A stretch of DNA of 27,249 nt from an uncultured Singulisphaera sp. (lineage in GTDB: Bacteria; Planctomycetota; Planctomycetia; Gemmatales; Gemmataceae). The position numbers and the translations under genes are program-made. This document shows positions 23,933 to 27,249 of this stretch, piece after piece. The notes under the pieces were generated by a model, which searched no databases, had not been told where the DNA came from, and was given only the letters and a program-made list of their open reading frames with translations. Numbering within the stretch: the first letter of the stretch is position 1; every line of letters begins with the position of its first letter. The stretch covers positions 1-27,249 of the forward strand of contig CAZAFH010000108.1 in the NCBI GenBank assembly GCA_964484265.1, in the 5' to 3' direction.

Positions 23933-24109
23933 ACGGTCTCCTTTGGAAAGAAATATTTTACCGCGCCCCGTCGGCCATGTCACGAGGATTCTCGACGACT
24001 AATCCGTCGCTTCCCGTAAAGACATCGGCCCGCGCGCCGATTGAACCTCGCGACGCCGCGCATACATTGACATACCACACCTATTGGCAACCCTATTCGG
24101 ATAACCGCG

Positions 24110-25261
24110 ATGGACAACACGCTTTTCGAGCAATTACAACAAACCGTCAAAACCGCGGGGCCGGCAGCGGCTATCGACAAACTCTGCGACGAACTCAAAT
24201 CCCGCAAAGATTACGGCGGCCTGTTCTATGCGCTGCTGATGAAAAAACGCTTCGAGCTTGGCGTTTCGCCCATCGCGACCGGTTCCAACCAGGACCTGCC
24301 CGAATCGGTTCACGAGGAGTTCGAGAAGGGAATCGCCAAGGCCGCACGCACGGTCGGCGACCTCTATTTGGCCGATGGGCAGATCCCGCAGGCTTGGGGT
24401 TATTTCCGCATGCTGGGCGATCCCCGTCCGGTTGCCGAGGTGCTCGAAAAGCTGACCGTCGATGACAGCACCGACATCCAATCGATCGTCGATGTCGCTT
24501 TTCACCAGGGCGTGGCGCCCCTCAAAGGCATCGACTGGATCTTGCAGCGGTTCGGCATGTGCAGCGCGATCACCGTCATGGGAACCGATCTGCCCTTCAC
24601 GCCAGACGTCCGGGCGGCCTGCACCAAACGGCTCATTCGCGCCTTGCGAGCGGAATTGATCGAGCGCCTGAAAGCGGAAATCCAGCGTGTGCAAAACTTC
24701 GAACCCAGCGGCACAACCGTCGCTGAACTGGTCGAGGGGCGCGATTGGCTGTTCGGCGAGGACTATTATCACATCGACCTGTCGCACCTGAATTCCGTCG
24801 TGCAGATGTCAACACAACTCGACAACTGCGAGGAATTGGCGATCGCCCGGGACCTGTGTGCTTACGGACTGAAGCTGTCGCCGAAGTTCCGCTATCAATC
24901 CGAACCGCCGTTCGACGATCAGTATGCCGACTATGGCCGCTACCTGGCGATCCTGATGGGCGAGAACGTCGAAGAGAACCTGGCCCATTTCCGCGCCAAG
25001 GTCGAAGCGAATCCGCCACAGGAGGCTGGAACCTTCCCGACAGAGATCTACGTAAATTTGCTGATGCGACTCGGCCGCGAGGAGGAAGCGCTAGAGGCGG
25101 TGCGGAAATACCTCACGCCGCTGGGTGAATTGCGCTTGTCGTGCCCGAACCTGGTGGAGCTGGTGCAGCGGACGAAACGATTCGACGTGCTCGCGGAAGT
25201 CGCGAAGGAGCAGGGAAACGCCGTCAACTATCTCGCGGGCCTTATCGCAGCAAAGACCTGA
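24110..25261 (+). CDS. Hypothetical alpha-helical (TPR-like) cytoplasmic protein
   Basis: 383-aa ORF with an ATG start, consistent high-GC codon use, no signal peptide and no TM helix. No family was recognised by eye. Confidence 0.6.
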   Translation: MDNTLFEQLQQTVKTAGPAAAIDKLCDELKSRKDYGGLFYALLMKKRFELGVSPIATGSNQDLPESVHEEFEKGIAKAARTVGDLYLADGQIPQAWGYFRMLGDPRPVAEVLEKLTVDDSTDIQSIVDVAFHQGVAPLKGIDWILQRFGMCSAITVMGTDLPFTPDVRAACTKRLIRALRAELIERLKAEIQRVQNFEPSGTTVAELVEGRDWLFGEDYYHIDLSHLNSVVQMSTQLDNCEELAIARDLCAYGLKLSPKFRYQSEPPFDDQYADYGRYLAILMGENVEENLAHFRAKVEANPPQEAGTFPTEIYVNLLMRLGREEEALEAVRKYLTPLGELRLSCPNLVELVQRTKRFDVLAEVAKEQGNAVNYLAGLIAAKT

Positions 25262-25266
25262 GCAAA

Positions 25267-25340
25267 TAGCGGGGGCCGGATTTGAACCGGCGACCTTGGC
25301 CTTATGAAGACCCTGCTCTAACCAACTGAGCTACCCCGCC
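25267..25340 (-). tRNA. tRNA with anticodon CAU (elongator Met or lysidine-modified Ile2); CCA not encoded
   Basis: Reverse complement: GGCGGGG-TA-GCTC-AGTTGGTTA-GAGC-A-GGGTC-TTCATAA-GGCCA-AGGTC-GCCGG-TTCAAAT-CCGGC-CCCCGCT-A. The cloverleaf is canonical, with a G1:U72 wobble and a 27:43 mismatch. It lacks the three G-C pairs of an initiator anticodon stem. Confidence 0.85.
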
Positions 25341-25428
25341 GCCCTAAATGGTAAGGGCTCGTACATGGAAATTTAATTTTACCTCCGCCATCTTCCGTGG
25401 CAAGGCCGGATTGCGTTGAAGTCGTCCG

Positions 25429-26037
25429 CTATCTGCCTTTGGTGCGGCCTTTGCCGGGGTAGACTGCGGTCTCGGTGATGATCATGTCCATGAAGATGTC
25501 GTGCCTGGCTGTCGGAATCTCCGGGAAGAGCTGGCACTCGAACGCCAGTGCCACGAGCGGCGCGTCGAGGCGGGCGTGTTGCAGCAGTTTGTCGTAGTAG
25601 CCTTTGCCATGCCCCATGCGAGCGCCGGTGCGGTCGAAGGCGACGCCGGGGACCATGATCAGGTCGAGGTCCGTCGCTTCGGCTTGCTTCGTGGCGAGCT
25701 GGCGCAACTCCGGTTTTGGTTCGAGAATTTTGTACATGCCGACGGAAAGCTCATCCATGTTTTCCAGATGAAAAAGCTCGAGTTCACCTTTGGCGTTGCA
25801 CCAGGGAATGATGATCTTTTTTCCCGACGCCAGCGCGCCGGGCAATTCTTGCCGGGTGCGAACTTCGCTGCGAACGTCAATGTAGTACATCACGGTTTTT
25901 GCGCTGGCGTAGGCCGGCAGAGCGACGAACTTCGCGCAGATCGCTTGACTCAATTCGTCCTTGTGCTCCTGTGCGTTGCGGTTGGCGTGTGCCTGGTCGC
26001 GAATCTTCTTCTTGCGTTCCTGCATGGTCTCGGTCAT
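25429..26037 (-). CDS. 5-formyltetrahydrofolate cyclo-ligase
   Basis: MYYIDVRSEV, IIIPWC, LDLIMVPGVAFDRTGARMGHGKGYYDKLL. Starting at ATG 26037 (AAGGAC upstream) gives about 202 aa, the usual family length. The track ORF extends to GTG 26238 with a low-complexity leader. Confidence 0.8.
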   Translation of the reverse strand: MTETMQERKKKIRDQAHANRNAQEHKDELSQAICAKFVALPAYASAKTVMYYIDVRSEVRTRQELPGALASGKKIIIPWCNAKGELELFHLENMDELSVGMYKILEPKPELRQLATKQAEATDLDLIMVPGVAFDRTGARMGHGKGYYDKLLQHARLDAPLVALAFECQLFPEIPTARHDIFMDMIITETAVYPGKGRTKGR

Positions 26038-26349
26038 GAATCGATGGTCCTTGAATAATACGGGTTCTCCCTCAAGAGAATTATAGATTTCTGGCGGGAG
26101 CGCGGATACGAGAAGAGATGCGGAAGCCGTGGAAAGGGGTGGGATCACGGCGTTGCCGATTTGGCCAGGCAATTCGGGCAATACCAGGGCGCGGGCGTTT
26201 TTACGGGCCGGGGACTTCGTTTTCGGCATTGAGCGCACAGAAAGCGTTTACCTTTGACGGCGGTCTTGGGGCGAACTTTCTTTCCCGTTCTGAGAATATT
26301 TTTGGCCATCGAATCCTCCACACCGGGATCGTGGTGCGATTCCTTTCGC

Positions 26350-27036
26350 CTACTTCATTCTCTGGCTCACAAGCTGCCAATCGGTCGGCGAGCCTACCGA
26401 AAGCCAGGCGAAGTAGCCGAGCACGCACAGGATAGAGTACGTCAACAATGTCGCGGGCCAGGATTCCGAGGTCAGTTTCAACGCGCTGCCCGCGAATTGA
26501 TTGAGCTTCGGCACGACGCCCATGAGATCGACCGAGCATAGTTCGTCAAGGACGAGGTGCGAAAGAAACCCGATCATGGTTCCGAGGGCGAAGTACATTC
26601 GTTTGCGCACCTCGTCGGAGGGCAGAACGTGATCGGGTTGATGGGCGAGGAAGACAACGAGACCGGCGATGAGGAGCGCGGGAACGCTGTGAAACATGCC
26701 GCGATGCACCGTTATTTTGCGAAAAAGCTCAGCGACGGCGTAGCGAATGACGAAGTAGATGCCCGCGAGCATGACGAGAAGTTGCTCGGCACGAAAGCCA
26801 CGCGCTTGCAACCGTTCGATGAGGAGCAGTGGCACGAGCACGCCCGCCAGGCCGAACATCTCGCGAACGGGGATGCCGCTATCGGAATCGAGATCGGGCA
26901 GCATGCCGCCGATGGCAGTGAGTCCGCCGGCGAGACAGCAAGCGCCCCAATCGTAGCCGAGGTACGAGTAACCGAGAAATCCGACACCGACGCCCAGCGC
27001 GGAGCTGGTGGTGATGTGCCCGTAAAAGCCAGCCAT
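26350..27036 (-). CDS. Membrane-bound metal-dependent hydrolase, DUF457 / YdjM-like
   Basis: GGAGG lies 7 nt before the ATG. N-terminus FYGHITTS. LPDLDSDSGIP and HRGMFHS motifs. About 6 TM segments. Confidence 0.8.
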   Translation of the reverse strand: MAGFYGHITTSSALGVGVGFLGYSYLGYDWGACCLAGGLTAIGGMLPDLDSDSGIPVREMFGLAGVLVPLLLIERLQARGFRAEQLLVMLAGIYFVIRYAVAELFRKITVHRGMFHSVPALLIAGLVVFLAHQPDHVLPSDEVRKRMYFALGTMIGFLSHLVLDELCSVDLMGVVPKLNQFAGSALKLTSESWPATLLTYSILCVLGYFAWLSVGSPTDWQLVSQRMK

Positions 27037-27140
27037 GATTCGTCCTCCGTGACGAAGAGAATATCAATTAAGCCCAAGGGTGGACTGATGAAAAACCTGG
27101 GTAATTTTCATCTTGATATTGTTGCGCATTTTCTCCCCTC

Positions 27141-27249
27141 TCCCACCGGGAGGGGTCGGGGGTGAGGGACGCAGGTTGTTTGCAATGCTGCGAATTTCCT
27201 TGCATTGCCAGCGCCAAGCGGCCCTCACCCCTTCCCTCTCCCGGTGGGA
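27141..27249. repeat. REP-like imperfect inverted repeat, possibly cut by the window end
   Basis: tcccaccgggaggggtcgggggtgaggg (27141-27168) matches the reverse complement of 27222-27249 at 24 of 28 positions. An inner hairpin GCAATGC...GCATTGC lies between the arms. Confidence 0.7.

Noticed and set aside
25267-25340. The tRNA as an integration site for the low-GC islet.
   Set aside because: The islet (about 20.6-21.85 kb) is 3.4 kb away, separated by native-looking high-GC genes. No tRNA 3'-end direct repeat was seen near the islet.
26038-26238. 67-aa N-terminal extension of the 5-formyl-THF cyclo-ligase ORF (GTG at 26238).
   Set aside because: The family domain starts at about residue 70 and the usual length is about 190-200 aa. 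The extension is low-complexity. It may still be real, so the start remains uncertain.
1-27249. Search for CRISPR arrays, rRNA genes, integrase or phage genes, and reverse-transcriptase-based elements (retron, DGR).
   Set aside because: There are no regularly spaced direct repeats with unique spacers. No rRNA-like conserved blocks were seen. No integrase, recombinase or RT motifs appear in any long ORF. The only recombinase-type gene is the Y1 transposase at 1973-2428.

Overview
This is a high-GC bacterial chromosomal window. All calls below come from motif recognition by eye; no homology search was run. The gene content looks Planctomycetota-like: a Tat-signal DUF1501 protein, secreted beta-helix and Ig-like repeat proteins, and a DUF4091 protein. 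Coding density is high.

Housekeeping and conserved genes: a 5'-truncated xylose-isomerase-like TIM-barrel gene, a UbiA prenyltransferase, a tRNA-dihydrouridine synthase, a tRNA with anticodon CAU, a 5-formyl-THF cyclo-ligase and a DUF457 hydrolase.

The most interesting locus sits at the window centre (11189-17855, minus strand). It is a tightly packed five-gene operon: a GMC flavoenzyme with a Cys-rich Fe-S-like motif, a phosphatidylserine-decarboxylase-family enzyme, a membrane-anchored FAD_binding_4-type oxidoreductase, a 694-aa tandem class-III aminotransferase (degenerate N-terminal copy plus intact C-terminal copy), and an Mpo1/DUF962-like membrane protein. An SqdX-like GT4 glycosyltransferase, a SAM methyltransferase and an LpxH-like phosphoesterase lie next to it. 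I read this as a candidate uncharacterised pathway that tailors or aminates a membrane lipid or glycolipid head group. That reading is an inference.

Other notable items:
- A low-GC islet (about 20.6-21.85 kb) encodes a six-TM protein with a glycine-zipper C-terminus. A small Cys-rich ORF is joined to it by an ATGA stop/start overlap.
- A single-gene IS200-like/RAYT Y1 transposase is enclosed by nested perfect inverted repeats of 61 bp and 20 bp.
- A 167-bp palindromic MITE/REP-like insertion has an unsplit copy of its target motif about 105 bp away.
- Several other long perfect inverted repeats are present.
- An unusual pair of inverted heptamer arrays lies between the first two genes.

No CRISPR array or rRNA gene was seen, and no convincing tmRNA.
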